From an uncultured Dehalococcoidales bacterium (GTDB lineage Bacteria > Chloroflexota > Dehalococcoidia > Dehalococcoidales > UBA5627), in the NCBI GenBank assembly GCA_964399425.1, contig CAYNQR010000001.1:68494-132493 (forward strand): 64,000 nt of DNA. Reading direction: 5' to 3'. The translations under genes and the position numbers were made by a program. The notes under the pieces are model-generated. The model had not been told where the DNA came from and ran no database searches. It worked only from the letters and a program-made list of their open reading frames with translations. Below are positions 1 through 10,966 of this stretch, piece after piece (within the stretch, counting starts at the first letter, position 1; each line of letters opens with the position of its first letter).

Positions 1-1
1 C

Positions 2-565
2 GGCGTTAAAATTACCGCCGAGGTAACACCGCATCACCTTACTATGGACGAGGAAATGGTGCTCGACTATGATACCAATGCCAAAGTAAATCCCCCGCTG
101 CGCACTCGAAAGGATATCGAGGCGCTGATAAGAGGGCTTAAAGACGGCACTATCGACATCATTGCTACCGACCATGCCCCGCATACCGATAATGAAAAAT
201 TGTGTGAATTTTCTAAAGCTCCATTCGGAATCAGCGGTTTCGAAACTGCGCTGGGCAGCCTGATGAAACTGGTGCACAACGGCGATATCGCAATCAATCT
301 GCTGATATCGATGTTGACTGCCGCTCCGGCAAGAATCATCGGCAACAGGCACGGCAAACTGGGGACATTGGAAGAAGGAACGATAGCGGATATCACAGTA
401 TTCGACCCCGACGCGGAATGGACGGTAAACGTCAGGGATTTTTATTCGAAAGGCAGAAATACCCCTCTTGACGGTCATCAGTTAAAGGGTAAGGTTATGG
501 CAACATTATATAACGGAAAAATGGTTTACAAAGACAATTCGGTAAAACTAGGAGTTAAAGCGTGA
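2..565 (+). CDS. pyrC: dihydroorotase, C-terminal part (5' end lies outside the window)
   Basis: The frame is open from the window edge (GVKITAEVTPHHL...). It has the 'ATDHAPH' metal-ligand motif of dihydroorotases. Its stop overlaps the carA start (GTGA). Confidence 0.9.
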   Translation, partial: GVKITAEVTPHHLTMDEEMVLDYDTNAKVNPPLRTRKDIEALIRGLKDGTIDIIATDHAPHTDNEKLCEFSKAPFGISGFETALGSLMKLVHNGDIAINLLISMLTAAPARIIGNRHGKLGTLEEGTIADITVFDPDAEWTVNVRDFYSKGRNTPLDGHQLKGKVMATLYNGKMVYKDNSVKLGVKA

Positions 566-1653
566 ACAAGAAAGCTATTCTGGTACTTGAAGACGGGTCG
601 ATTTTCGAGGGATATTCCTTCGGCTCTGATACGGAAACCTATGGAGAAGTGGTATTCAATACCAGTATGGCCGGTTACCAGGAAATTCTGACCGACCCGT
701 CATATGCAGGGCAAATCGTAGTGCCGACCTACCCCATGATAGGCAACTACGGCGTCAATGACAACGACTTTGAATCCAAACGGATACAGGTCAGCGGATT
801 CGTCGTCAGGGAAGAATGTGAAGAACCCAGTCATTACCAGAGCAAAATGACGATTCATGAATACCTGGCTGAGAACGGCATTGCCGGAATACATGGAATC
901 GATACGCGGGCAATTACGCGGCTGCTGCGTTCATGCGGTGTTATGCGCGGCATTATAACCTGCGAAAAAACACCACAGCAGGCTTTAGCCGAAATAAAGT
1001 TAAAGCCGGATTACAGCAACACCGATTTTGTACACAAAGTTTCTTCACCTGATACTTACGATTGGCCGGCTCAAAATTGTACCGAAAGTGAGTATAACAT
1101 TGCTGTTTTAGATTGCGGCTTGAAATTCAGCATACTGAGAAAGTTAAGCGCTATAAACTGCAATATAAAAGTCTTTCCGTGCGATACCCCGGCAAATGAA
1201 ATCTTGAAGTTTAATCCGGACGGTATATTGCTTTCACCGGGGCCGGGAAATCCGGAACTGCTCGATTACATCGTCAACAATGTAAGGATACTCGCTGAAA
1301 AGAAACCTGTTATGGGTATCTGCCTCGGCAACCAGTTAATCGGCAGAGCCTTCGGTGCCAAGACTTTCAAACTGAAGTTCGGTCACCGCGGCGGCAATCA
1401 TCCTGTTAAAGAACTGGCTAACGGCAGGATACATATTACGGCACAGAATCACGGCTTTGCCTTAGACCCGGATACTGTGGCATACGGGCTCGAAGTCAGT
1501 TTTATCAACCTTAATGACGGTACGGTCGAAGGCGTAAAGCATAAAGAACTGCCGATTTTCGGTATCCAGTATCATTCGGAGGCCTCGCCGGGCCCGCTGG
1601 ATACTACCTACCTGTTTAAACAATTTTTAGCAATGATTGATAAGAGCAGATAA
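562..1653 (+). CDS. carA: carbamoyl-phosphate synthase small (glutaminase) subunit
   Basis: 363 aa. N-terminal CPSase small-chain domain plus a class-I amidotransferase region ('GICLGNQL', 'GIQYHSEASPGP'). Confidence 0.95.
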   Translation: MNKKAILVLEDGSIFEGYSFGSDTETYGEVVFNTSMAGYQEILTDPSYAGQIVVPTYPMIGNYGVNDNDFESKRIQVSGFVVREECEEPSHYQSKMTIHEYLAENGIAGIHGIDTRAITRLLRSCGVMRGIITCEKTPQQALAEIKLKPDYSNTDFVHKVSSPDTYDWPAQNCTESEYNIAVLDCGLKFSILRKLSAINCNIKVFPCDTPANEILKFNPDGILLSPGPGNPELLDYIVNNVRILAEKKPVMGICLGNQLIGRAFGAKTFKLKFGHRGGNHPVKELANGRIHITAQNHGFALDPDTVAYGLEVSFINLNDGTVEGVKHKELPIFGIQYHSEASPGPLDTTYLFKQFLAMIDKSR

Positions 1654-1654
1654 G

Positions 1655-1693
1655 TCACCCCTCCCTTTGACAAAGGGAGATTGAGAGGGATTT
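1655..1693. repeat. palindromic element in the carA-carB spacer
   Basis: CTCCCTTTG-A-CAAAGGGAG (1661-1679) is flanked by CCCCTCCC and GAGAGGGA. Confidence 0.5.
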
Positions 1694-1730
1694 AGGAATT
1701 ACACATACTGCAAACTTGAAAGGGAATTAA

Positions 1731-4700
1731 ATGACTGAAAAACCTAAAAAAGTACTGATTATCGGTTCGGGTCCTATTGTTATAGGTCAGGCGGCAGAGT
1801 TCGATTACGCCGGAACACAGGCATGCAAGGCTATGCGCGAAGAGGGCATTATATCGGTTCTCGTTAACTCGAATCCTGCAACCATCATGACCGACGAGGA
1901 TATTGCCGATATCGTATATATAGAACCTCTGACGGTCGAGGTCATTACGCGAATTATAGAGAAAGAACGTCCCGACGGATTATTACCGACGCTTGGCGGA
2001 CAAACCGGACTGAATATGGCGGTAGACCTGGACAACGCCGGAGTACTTAAAAAATATAATGTCAGGTCGCTGGGAACGCCGATTGAAGCGATTCGCAAAG
2101 GCGAAGACCGTGAACTATTCAAGGAAATGCTTGAGGAAATCGGCGAACCGGTGCCTCCCAGCGCTACTGTAACGAACCTTAAGGAAGCTCGCGAAGTAGC
2201 ACAGAGACTGGGATTACCGCTTGTTATCCGTCCGGCTTATACCCTGGGGGGTACGGGCGGCGGTTTTGCCAATACATGGGAACAGTTCGATGAAGTTGTT
2301 ACTACGGGACTAAATGCCAGCCCGATTCACCAGGTACTTCTGGAAATATCTCTGGTCGGCTGGAAGGAAATCGAATACGAGGTTATGCGCGACGGGGCTA
2401 ATAACTGTATTACGATCTGCAATATGGAAAATATCGACCCTATGGGTGTGCATACCGGCGACAGCATCGTCGTCGCTCCCACCCAGACGCTTACCAATAA
2501 AGAATGCCAGATGTTGAGAACCGCCAGTCTCAAGATAATACGCGCACTGGGTGTGGAAGGCGGATGCAACGTGCAGTTTGCCCTCGACCCGAAGAGCGAT
2601 AAATACTATGTAATCGAAGTAAATCCGCGTGTCAGCCGCAGTTCGGCGCTTGCCAGCAAGGCTACAGGATATCCTATAGCACGGGTTGCTTCAAAGATTG
2701 CCATCGGCAAAAGGCTGGATGAAATTCCAAATGCCGTTACCGGAAAAACAATGGCTTCATTCGAACCTTCTATCGACTATATCGTAGCCAAAATCCCCCG
2801 CTGGCCGTTCGATAAATTCGAGTCGGGCGACCGGGTTATCGGTACGCAAATGAAAGCTACCGGTGAAGTAATGGCCATCGACAGGTGTTTCGAAGCCGCT
2901 ATCCAAAAAGCCGTGCGCTCCCTTGAATTCGGCAAACGCTCTCTTTTATGGGAAGACCCCAAATGGGAGCTGACGGACGATATAAAATCATATCCCCTTT
3001 ATCCCAACGACCTCAGGTTATGGGCGGTCATGGCTGCGCTTCGCAGAGGCAAGACTGTGGAAGAAATTGCCGGACGCACCGGATATGACCTGTGGTTCCT
3101 GAAAAAGTTGAGAAATATTGTCGACATGGAAAAGAGATTACTATCAGAATCGTTGACGCCGGAGCTTTTATGGCAGGCAAAACGGCTCGGTTTCTCAGAT
3201 AGCCAAATCGGGACTTTGGCAGACAGGCTTACAGCCCAAGTGAGGCAATTGCGGAATGACTGGGGGATGCGCCCCGTTTACAAGATGGTCGATACCTGCG
3301 CCGCAGAATTCGATGCCGCCACCCCCTATTTCTACAGCAGCTACGAAAAAGAAAACGAAGCTGTTACAGAACATCGCAACAAGGCGATAGTTATCGGCAG
3401 CGGTCCCATCCGTATCGGACAGGGCATCGAATTCGATTATTGCAGCGTGCATTCAGCCTGGGCACTGCAAAAGGCCGGCTTTCAGAGCATTATGGTAAAT
3501 TCCAACCCGGAAACTGTCTCGACCGACTTCGATACCAGCGACCGGCTGTACTTCGAAGCGCTCGACGAAGAAAGCATGAGAGACATCATCGAAAATGAAG
3601 GGTATTTTATCAATTCAGATAATCCTGATATAACAGAACCTCCCTGTATCGTCCAGTTCGGCGGGCAGACTGCAATAAATCTGGCTACACCGCTTACGCG
3701 AGCGGGGCTGCCGCTTATCGGTTCGACTTCTGAAACAATCGACCTGGCTGAAGACCGGAAGAGATTCGAGCACTTCTTAAGTGAACTGGGGATTCCACAG
3801 GCACCGGGGGCTGCGGTTACCACAGTCGAAGAGGCAATAAAAATCGCCGAACTTATCGGCTACCCTGTACTTGTGCGTCCCAGCTATGTTCTCGGCGGCA
3901 GAGCCATGGAAATCGTGCATAATGTTAATGAACTCGCGCGTTATGTAAAACTGGCAGCCGACCTGGATACCGGTCACCCTGTACTTATCGATAAATACCT
4001 GCTTGGCAAAGAGTGTGAAATCGATGCTATCGGCGATGGCGAGAGTGTCTTTATCCCCGGCATCATGGAACACATCGAAAGAGCCGGTGTGCACAGCGGC
4101 GATTCGATGGCGATTTATCCGGCTATCAAGCTGACTAAAAACGAAATCGATACCATTGTTGACTACTCGGTTCGCATCGGACTGGCCCTCGGCATCAGAG
4201 GGTTGATGAATATCCAGTTCGATGTTGTCAGGGACAGCGCCGGAAAATCCAAGATATATGTTCTCGAAGTCAATCCGCGCGCCAGCCGTACCGTACCTTT
4301 TATATCCAAGGTTACCGGTATACCCATTGTAGATGTCGCAACAAGAGTTATGTTAGGACAAAGCCTTAAGGAACAGGGTTTCCAGACAGGGTTATTCCCC
4401 AGCAAGAAATTGATTGCTATCAAAGCCCCGGTATTTTCGATGTCGAAGCTGTTGGGAGTGGATACCTATCTGGGACCGGAAATGAAATCTACCGGTGAGG
4501 TTATGGGAATTGATACCACTTTTAACGGTGCGCTGATTAAAGCTCTTATGGCAGCGGGTTTGATGCTTCCGGAAAAAGGCAGCATGCTTTTCAGCATTGC
4601 AGACCGCGATAAGGCCGAAGCGCTCCCGATTATAAGAAATTTCCATGATGCCGGATTCAAGCTCTATGCAACCGAGGGCACATCGGAACTTTTGCGCAAC

Positions 4701-4976
4701 GCCGGATTATCCGTATCCATGATTACCAAAAAACTGGATGAAGGGCATCCCAATGTAATCGACATCATTCAGGACGGAACGGTAAACGGGGTAATTAATA
4801 CCATAACCGGCGGCAGGGTTTCACTGAGAGACGGCTTCCACATCCGGCGTGCCGCCGCTGAGAGGCGTATACCCTGCTTTACTTCACTGGACACCGCCAG
4901 AGCGGTCGCCGAAGTGCTGGTCAACGGACAATACAACTATAATGTATTATCCATGCCGGAATACCGCAACCGTTAA
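1731..4976 (+). CDS. carB: carbamoyl-phosphate synthase large subunit
   Basis: 1081 aa with a duplicated ATP-grasp architecture ('[24 protein letters not shown]' and '[20 protein letters not shown]') and an MGS-like C-terminus. Confidence 0.97.
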   Translation: MTEKPKKVLIIGSGPIVIGQAAEFDYAGTQACKAMREEGIISVLVNSNPATIMTDEDIADIVYIEPLTVEVITRIIEKERPDGLLPTLGGQTGLNMAVDLDNAGVLKKYNVRSLGTPIEAIRKGEDRELFKEMLEEIGEPVPPSATVTNLKEAREVAQRLGLPLVIRPAYTLGGTGGGFANTWEQFDEVVTTGLNASPIHQVLLEISLVGWKEIEYEVMRDGANNCITICNMENIDPMGVHTGDSIVVAPTQTLTNKECQMLRTASLKIIRALGVEGGCNVQFALDPKSDKYYVIEVNPRVSRSSALASKATGYPIARVASKIAIGKRLDEIPNAVTGKTMASFEPSIDYIVAKIPRWPFDKFESGDRVIGTQMKATGEVMAIDRCFEAAIQKAVRSLEFGKRSLLWEDPKWELTDDIKSYPLYPNDLRLWAVMAALRRGKTVEEIAGRTGYDLWFLKKLRNIVDMEKRLLSESLTPELLWQAKRLGFSDSQIGTLADRLTAQVRQLRNDWGMRPVYKMVDTCAAEFDAATPYFYSSYEKENEAVTEHRNKAIVIGSGPIRIGQGIEFDYCSVHSAWALQKAGFQSIMVNSNPETVSTDFDTSDRLYFEALDEESMRDIIENEGYFINSDNPDITEPPCIVQFGGQTAINLATPLTRAGLPLIGSTSETIDLAEDRKRFEHFLSELGIPQAPGAAVTTVEEAIKIAELIGYPVLVRPSYVLGGRAMEIVHNVNELARYVKLAADLDTGHPVLIDKYLLGKECEIDAIGDGESVFIPGIMEHIERAGVHSGDSMAIYPAIKLTKNEIDTIVDYSVRIGLALGIRGLMNIQFDVVRDSAGKSKIYVLEVNPRASRTVPFISKVTGIPIVDVATRVMLGQSLKEQGFQTGLFPSKKLIAIKAPVFSMSKLLGVDTYLGPEMKSTGEVMGIDTTFNGALIKALMAAGLMLPEKGSMLFSIADRDKAEALPIIRNFHDAGFKLYATEGTSELLRNAGLSVSMITKKLDEGHPNVIDIIQDGTVNGVINTITGGRVSLRDGFHIRRAAAERRIPCFTSLDTARAVAEVLVNGQYNYNVLSMPEYRNR

Positions 4977-5027
4977 ATAATAGTCCTACAGGAGTATGAA
5001 ATAGACAGCAAAACTCTAAATAACGCC

Positions 5028-5792
5028 GTGCATTCGATATGCAACGTCATTTCCAACGATGAGATAATGCCTGGAGTGTTTCTGATGTGGATGGAAGCCC
5101 CGACCATCACAGGCAAGGCAAAACCCGGGCAATTTGCAATGATACTATGCGGCGACGAACCTCTGCTTCGCAGACCGATCAGCATTCACCGGGTCGAAGG
5201 GAGCAAACTGGCAGTTTTATATGCCAGATTAGGCAGCGGCACCCAATGGCTTTCAAAGCAGAAGGAACACACCTCAATTGACATCCTGGGGCCTCTGGGG
5301 AACGGTTATACGGTTCGTGACGAAGATAAAAACCTGCTGCTTATTGCCGGGGGAATGGGCATTGCTCCGTTAACTTTCCTGGCAGAAACCGCTGTAAATC
5401 ATGATAAAAAGGTTACACTGCTACTCGGCGCACAGAAAAAAGATTTGGTGTTTCCAAATAATTTAATTCCCCCGGGAATTGACTGCATCATAACAACTGA
5501 TGACGGTTCGACGGGTATTAAAGGTAGAACGACCGATATGCTATCTGCTTACCTTGATAAAGCAGACCTGGTATTTGCCTGCGGCCCGGCGCCAATGTAC
5601 CGCACAATATATAAAAATAACCTCTTAAAAAATAAACCCTGCCAGGTTTCGCTGGAAGTCCGTATGGCGTGCGGTATGGGCGCCTGCTACGGATGTACAA
5701 TCAAGACGAAAAACGGATTAAAACAGGTTTGCCACGACGGCCCGGTTTTCGACTTCCACGATGTGTTATGGGATGAACTGGTTGATATTTAA
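5028..5792 (+). CDS. pyrK: dihydroorotate dehydrogenase electron-transfer subunit (FAD/2Fe-2S)
   Basis: 254 aa ferredoxin-reductase-type fold with a C-terminal Cys cluster, 'CGMGACYGCT...C', typical of PyrK. It follows carB. Confidence 0.85.
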   Translation: MHSICNVISNDEIMPGVFLMWMEAPTITGKAKPGQFAMILCGDEPLLRRPISIHRVEGSKLAVLYARLGSGTQWLSKQKEHTSIDILGPLGNGYTVRDEDKNLLLIAGGMGIAPLTFLAETAVNHDKKVTLLLGAQKKDLVFPNNLIPPGIDCIITTDDGSTGIKGRTTDMLSAYLDKADLVFACGPAPMYRTIYKNNLLKNKPCQVSLEVRMACGMGACYGCTIKTKNGLKQVCHDGPVFDFHDVLWDELVDI

Positions 5793-5834
5793 ACCGGTTT
5801 ATATATAATACCTGAAAATACAGGAGGCGTATTT

Positions 5835-6041
5835 ATGTCGGCTTTATTTAAAGGTTTAACCACCGCAGTTATCTGGATTCTGTTTATTTTCGGCGTTTTA
5901 AGATTGGTAATCGGGCTGGTTATGGCATTTTCAACCGGCCCCGATACGGCAGCTATCGAAAACTATCTGGATTTCTTTGTAGGCATTTGCAGCCTGACAT
6001 TATCGGTCGTGGTTATGAAGTTGCGACAGTCGATGCTATAG
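5835..6041 (+). CDS. small hypothetical membrane protein (2 predicted TM helices)
   Basis: 68 aa with two hydrophobic stretches. AGGAGG lies 7 nt upstream of the ATG. Confidence 0.5.
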   Translation: MSALFKGLTTAVIWILFIFGVLRLVIGLVMAFSTGPDTAAIENYLDFFVGICSLTLSVVVMKLRQSML

Positions 6042-6057
6042 ATAATTTTCAGTATAA

Positions 6058-7008
6058 TTAATCTGCTTTGTCGGCAAGGAATTTAATTATTCTATCGACG
6101 TACTCTTCGGGATAAGTCATGTAAGATTGGCTGTGTTTAGCCCCGTCCGCTATCCATATCTCATCCAGCGGATTACTGGATGCATTCAGCAAACTGTATG
6201 CATCATAAGGCGGTACCGATTTATCTTGCGAACCGTTAATGAAAAATATGGGGCAGTTTATATAAGGCACTTTGTCGATTGCGCTTTCTTTATCCAACCC
6301 GAAGAATAGCCTCCCCATTATTACCGCTCCCGGTCTGAAAATGGCAAACGGACGGAATGCGTGCGCCATTACCCTTTCCGCCATTAGTGGGATACTTTTA
6401 AAACAACTGTCGCAAATTATCGCCTTGATATCTTCATTTTCTCTGGCGGAAGCAATAGCCGCTGTGGCTCCGATAGATACTCCGAGCAAAATGATTTGTT
6501 CCCCGTCTCCGTTCCTGCCCCTTATATATTCAATCGCCCCGCCGAAATCCCTTCCCAGTATGGAACGCTGACTTAACCTCGCCGCCTGAGATTGCCCGCA
6601 GCCCCTTCTTTCGAAAACCAGAACATTATAACCCCTTTTCGCCAAGTCCAGGCATAATTCAAGCATTTTTGTGGAGCGGTCTTCTCTTGTCTGCTTCCCG
6701 CCCGGCATGGCAATAATCGTTTTATTGCTGCCCGCCGGAATATACCATCCCTTTAAAAGGAGACTATCGGTTTTACTGTAAAAAGAGACATCTTCGTACG
6801 GCAGTCCGAAATAGGCAGGGGTCATCGTAACCGCCCTTCTCAAGCTCATGGCAATTCCGTTTGCTATCAAGAAAGACGTCAGCAAATACAAGAATATTAC
6901 TCCTGCAATTATCCATATCGCAATATACATTGTCATTCTCAACCATATTATATAAGCAATTATGTTATATAAGAACCGATTAATCAAGTGTTTTTCACAT
7001 TTTGCCAT
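6058..7008 (-). CDS. membrane-anchored alpha/beta-fold hydrolase (start uncertain; the internal Met at 6936 is more likely)
   Basis: Nucleophile elbow 'GVSIGA', a C-terminal 'GAKHS' His region, and an N-terminal hydrophobic helix. The long N-terminal extension would overlap the predicted promoter of the divergent gene. Confidence 0.75.
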   Translation of the reverse strand: MAKCEKHLINRFLYNIIAYIIWLRMTMYIAIWIIAGVIFLYLLTSFLIANGIAMSLRRAVTMTPAYFGLPYEDVSFYSKTDSLLLKGWYIPAGSNKTIIAMPGGKQTREDRSTKMLELCLDLAKRGYNVLVFERRGCGQSQAARLSQRSILGRDFGGAIEYIRGRNGDGEQIILLGVSIGATAAIASARENEDIKAIICDSCFKSIPLMAERVMAHAFRPFAIFRPGAVIMGRLFFGLDKESAIDKVPYINCPIFFINGSQDKSVPPYDAYSLLNASSNPLDEIWIADGAKHSQSYMTYPEEYVDRIIKFLADKAD

Positions 7009-7030
7009 TATTTGAGTTCGCAGCTATAAT
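7002..7030 (+). promoter_or_regulatory. sigma70-like promoter for the CN-hydrolase gene
   Basis: TTGCCA, 17 nt, TATAAT. The GGGAGG SD and the ATG lie ~16-29 nt downstream. Confidence 0.5.
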
Positions 7031-7058
7031 CTTTTATATATTACCGGGAGGTACTGAT

Positions 7059-7907
7059 ATGACCGATACAATAAAAATTGCCGCGGTTCAGATGGAACCC
7101 AAATTAAAGCAAAACAAATATAATCTCGATAATATGATATCGAAAATAAAGACCGCCGCGGAAGCGGGCGCGCAGCTTATCGTATTTCCCGAATGCGCCC
7201 TTTCCGGCTATATGTTTAACAGTCTCGATGAAGCGCTGCCTTATATGGAGACCATACCGGGACCGTTTACCGATGAGCTTGCAAATCAGGCTAATAACCT
7301 CAACGTACACATCATCGCCGGACTGCTGGAAAAAGACGGGGAAAGGTATTTCAATGCTTCGGTGTTAATCAGCCCGAATGGTCTTATCGGCAAGTACCGC
7401 AAGATTCATCTGCCATTTTTGGGTATCGATAAATATATCGATAAGGGAGACCAACCGTTCGAGGTCTATAATACATCAATCGGAAATATCGGCATGCACA
7501 TCTGTTACGACTGCAATTTCCCGGAATGCGCACGTGTTATGGCGCTTCTGGGAGCGGATATCCTGGTGCTGCCGACCAACTGGCCCCAAGGAAGGCAAAA
7601 AATAGCGGAACATGTCGTCTTATGCCGCGCCTATGAAAACAAGGTTAATTTTATTGCCGCAAACCGCACCGGAATCGAACGTGATGCCAGGTTTATCGGT
7701 TTGAGCAGAATCATCGATACGCGGGGAGACATCGTGGCCGCAGCTACCGGTGACACTGAACAAATAGTATACGGAGATGTCAGCCTTTCCGAAGCGCGCC
7801 AAAAACAGATAATTTTTAAAACCCGTGAATTCGAAATCAACTTTTTTGCCGATAGAAGACCGGAGTATTACAGCATAATAACGGATAAAAGCGACCGGAG
7901 AGAATAA
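7059..7907 (+). CDS. carbon-nitrogen hydrolase (nitrilase superfamily)
   Basis: Glu-Lys-Cys triad contexts 'FPECAL', 'YRKIHL' and 'ICYDCNFPE'. The start is set at the ATG preceded by GGGAGG; the ORF-track start at 7002 is upstream of that SD. Confidence 0.85.
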   Translation: MTDTIKIAAVQMEPKLKQNKYNLDNMISKIKTAAEAGAQLIVFPECALSGYMFNSLDEALPYMETIPGPFTDELANQANNLNVHIIAGLLEKDGERYFNASVLISPNGLIGKYRKIHLPFLGIDKYIDKGDQPFEVYNTSIGNIGMHICYDCNFPECARVMALLGADILVLPTNWPQGRQKIAEHVVLCRAYENKVNFIAANRTGIERDARFIGLSRIIDTRGDIVAAATGDTEQIVYGDVSLSEARQKQIIFKTREFEINFFADRRPEYYSIITDKSDRRE

Positions 7908-8010
7908 TCCACCCACAGGTATGTATACTTGGATTCGGTATAAATCCTTACTATATCTGCAATTTATATTCTATATCGAATACACTGACGACTTGTAGCC
8001 TAATCCATAA

Positions 8011-8193
8011 TTAGTTGGCGGATTGTTCGACAAGTTGCGAAAGATTTTCCATCTCTCCGATAGATTGTATCCCGTTTAATAAAACCTCATATCCGCACAG
8101 AAAACAATGTTCCGAAATTATCCCTTCATCGTTTTCCAGATACAGACTCCTGCTGCCGCACTTGGGGCAGTTTTTCACCTTGTTTTTACGCAT
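8011..8193 (-). CDS. small zinc-ribbon protein, function unknown
   Basis: 60 aa with CPKC...CFLC, a 4-Cys ribbon. Confidence 0.5.
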   Translation of the reverse strand: MRKNKVKNCPKCGSRSLYLENDEGIISEHCFLCGYEVLLNGIQSIGEMENLSQLVEQSAN

Positions 8194-8349
8194 ATAACCA
8201 TTGCTCCTGCAAAAATTTATTCAGTATGTGCTGCCTGATTTTTTACAAGATGTTATTTTACTCCATGTTATAAAATTTGCCAAGTCCGGCAATAAATACG
8301 ATGCACTAAAATAATTCACTTAAAGCAAATATTGCCCTATAATATCGAT

Positions 8350-9708
8350 ATGATTAAAAATAAAACCTTTCATATGGTATCGCTCGGTTGCGACAAGAAT
8401 GCCGTCGATGCCGATTCGATGTCGCAGCTTTTAATCGATTCCGGATATGAACCTGTTGCAGATTTTAAGAAGGCGCATGTAATAATTGTTAACACCTGCG
8501 GCTTCATCGGTTCTTCGAAAGAGGAATCGTATAATACACTGGAAAAGTTTTCCGCTAAAAAGAAGAGCGGACAGATACTCATCGCTGCCGGCTGCCTGAC
8601 CCAGCGATACGGACAGGATGTTTCCGGTCGTGTAAAAGATATCGACGGCATAATCGGCACGCGCCGCTGGATGGATATTATCGATGTTATCGATAATATC
8701 ACTGACGAAAATAAATCAATACCATATTGCCATCTGCCGGATACTGCCGCTACCGTCGGAACTGATGAGGGAAACACTATACGAGTTTCTGTTCAAGGCG
8801 CCAGCGCCTATTTAAAGATTGCCGACGGCTGCCGCTGTTCCTGCGCTTACTGCATAATCCCGAAGATTAAGGGGCCGCTAATCAGCCGCCCGATGGACAA
8901 GATTCTGGCGGAAGCACGTCTTTTGCAGGAAGAAGGCATGCGCGAAATTATACTGATTGCACAGAATACCACCGATTACGGTTACGACCTCGGAATTAAA
9001 AACGGGCTGGCTACCCTTTTAAAACAAATGACTGTCAGCGTTCCCGATATCAACTGGATACGCATTCTTTATGCCTATCCCGGATATGTTACCGACCAAT
9101 TAATCGAGATTATGGCAACGAACAAGCAAATCGTTCCCTATCTCGACCTGCCATTGCAGCATGCCCACCCGGCGATATTAAAAAGAATGCAGCGCCCCGC
9201 TAACATCGACTGGGTATACAGGACTCTCGAAAAAATGCGCCAAGCTATTCCGGAGATGGCTTTACGCACCACGTTTATAGTTGGCTACCCCGGTGAAACC
9301 GATGACGAGTTCCAGACACTGCTCGATTTTGTCGAGGAGATACGCTTTGATAAATTGGGCGCATTTAAATACTCGTTTGAAGAAGGAACGCCGGCGGAAC
9401 CGCTGGGAGATCCTATTCCCGACGAAGTTAAAGAAAACCGTTTAATGAGATTGATGGAAAAACAACAGCGTATATCGTTGGAGCGCAACAGGTCTTTTAT
9501 CGGGCGCAACCTGGATGTGCTTATCGAAGGGACGGGGAAAGATATCTCCATAGGACGCAGTTACCGCGACGCCCCCAAGATTGACGGGCTGGTACTGGTA
9601 AGAGGGGAACACAAGCCTGGATACATGATTTCCGTTCATATAGAAAAGGCTATGGAATACGACCTTATGGGAACAATAAATACTGAGGCAAATGATATTT
9701 CCCGTTAA
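8350..9708 (+). CDS. rimO: ribosomal protein S12 methylthiotransferase (radical SAM MTTase)
   Basis: MTTase N-domain ('VSLGCDKN'), a radical-SAM Cys motif ('CRCSCAYCIIP'), 'YLDLPLQHAHPAILKRMQRP', and a TRAM-like C-terminus. The start is taken at the ATG (MIKNK...). Confidence 0.85.
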   Translation: MIKNKTFHMVSLGCDKNAVDADSMSQLLIDSGYEPVADFKKAHVIIVNTCGFIGSSKEESYNTLEKFSAKKKSGQILIAAGCLTQRYGQDVSGRVKDIDGIIGTRRWMDIIDVIDNITDENKSIPYCHLPDTAATVGTDEGNTIRVSVQGASAYLKIADGCRCSCAYCIIPKIKGPLISRPMDKILAEARLLQEEGMREIILIAQNTTDYGYDLGIKNGLATLLKQMTVSVPDINWIRILYAYPGYVTDQLIEIMATNKQIVPYLDLPLQHAHPAILKRMQRPANIDWVYRTLEKMRQAIPEMALRTTFIVGYPGETDDEFQTLLDFVEEIRFDKLGAFKYSFEEGTPAEPLGDPIPDEVKENRLMRLMEKQQRISLERNRSFIGRNLDVLIEGTGKDISIGRSYRDAPKIDGLVLVRGEHKPGYMISVHIEKAMEYDLMGTINTEANDISR

Positions 9709-9816
9709 AAATATCCCGGAATAGAACTGTCATACTATCCCGGGATACGGTTTTCCGGATATAACTGAAACCAGCTAATCTAAATTGCCCTAAAAATTTA
9801 TCATCAATGGCGTATT

Positions 9817-10764
9817 TTATTCAACAAGGTCGCCGACAGTAACCTCATGATTTTTAACATTATCACCGGCAAGGGGCTTAAAGGATAATTTAAATTGACG
9901 GTTAGTACCCGGTTCCAAATCCTTTACCGGAATAACTTTTGTCCCGATACCTTCTTTATCCTCGTTGAAGAACTTAACTATGAGAGCGGCATCGGCTTTT
10001 TCCGCACTGATATTCTTGCAAATTATAGTAACTTCCTTATCGCCACCGACCGCTTTCATATCGCTTTGTACAATCTGCACTTTCTCCACGTCGGTCGTCA
10101 TAACGCGAGATATCCTGGCGTTGTAACTCTGTATTTTGAAACTCTCGCCTGACATAGGCACCGTAATCAATATGCCGCGGCTGCTACCCGGCAATAAATT
10201 CGTTTCCTTATGATTAGTTACATTTATAATATTTCCTTCACCGTCAAAAAAAGTACACTCGAACAGCAACGTAGCAATAACACTACCGGAAATATTTTTT
10301 ATACCGCATTCGAGACCTTCCAATATGGCATTATCCATATATTTGAGTTCGTGCTTCGTGATCAATATCATATCGTTGCCGGAGACTGACGGCCTGGGAA
10401 CCATTACAATATCCCTGACCTTTACACTGTAGTTCTCGACCGGTTTAGTTGTATCTTCCTTGTAAACCAAGCGCACCGTACGTATGCCGCTGGGCGCTAA
10501 ACCGGATACCTTCTGCTCTACAGTATCAATAACATTGCCGTCTTTATCGGAAAACACAGCTTCGAAAACAACGCTCCCTACCGCTCTATCCATAACATTT
10601 TTGATGTTAAGTTCGATAACTATTCTGCTGCTACCGCTTTCATCATCCTCTTTGAAAATATTATGGTCAAGTATGGCAATTTTATTTTCTTCCGGAACTG
10701 CTTGCCTGGATTCTTTCGCAGTCTCTTTGCATTTGTTATTTGCATCTTTTGCTGTTTTATCCAT
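9817..10764 (-). CDS. hypothetical protein with three internal ~95 aa repeats (FxLYD-like beta-sandwich pattern)
   Basis: 315 aa. The segments '...VVFEAVFSDKDGNVIDTV..L.PSG.R', '...LLFECTFFDGEGNIINVT..LLPGSSR' and '...LIVKFFNEDKEGIGTKV..LEPGTNR' repeat. Confidence 0.7.
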   Translation of the reverse strand: MDKTAKDANNKCKETAKESRQAVPEENKIAILDHNIFKEDDESGSSRIVIELNIKNVMDRAVGSVVFEAVFSDKDGNVIDTVEQKVSGLAPSGIRTVRLVYKEDTTKPVENYSVKVRDIVMVPRPSVSGNDMILITKHELKYMDNAILEGLECGIKNISGSVIATLLFECTFFDGEGNIINVTNHKETNLLPGSSRGILITVPMSGESFKIQSYNARISRVMTTDVEKVQIVQSDMKAVGGDKEVTIICKNISAEKADAALIVKFFNEDKEGIGTKVIPVKDLEPGTNRQFKLSFKPLAGDNVKNHEVTVGDLVE

Positions 10765-10966
10765 TTTTGCTTTCCGCTCCCTTGATAATATTATATTTTC
10801 GTGTTCGAGTTTAGAGCATTATTCAGGTTGTGTCAAAATCCTTGTCGATAATACAAACTGATACGATTTTATTCTTTATAAAAATATTGTCCGATAAACG
10901 AATTGCGGCATATGACGTATAATCCGATGCCCTGATGCAAATTCGTCGGGGCATCGATTGCGTGCT

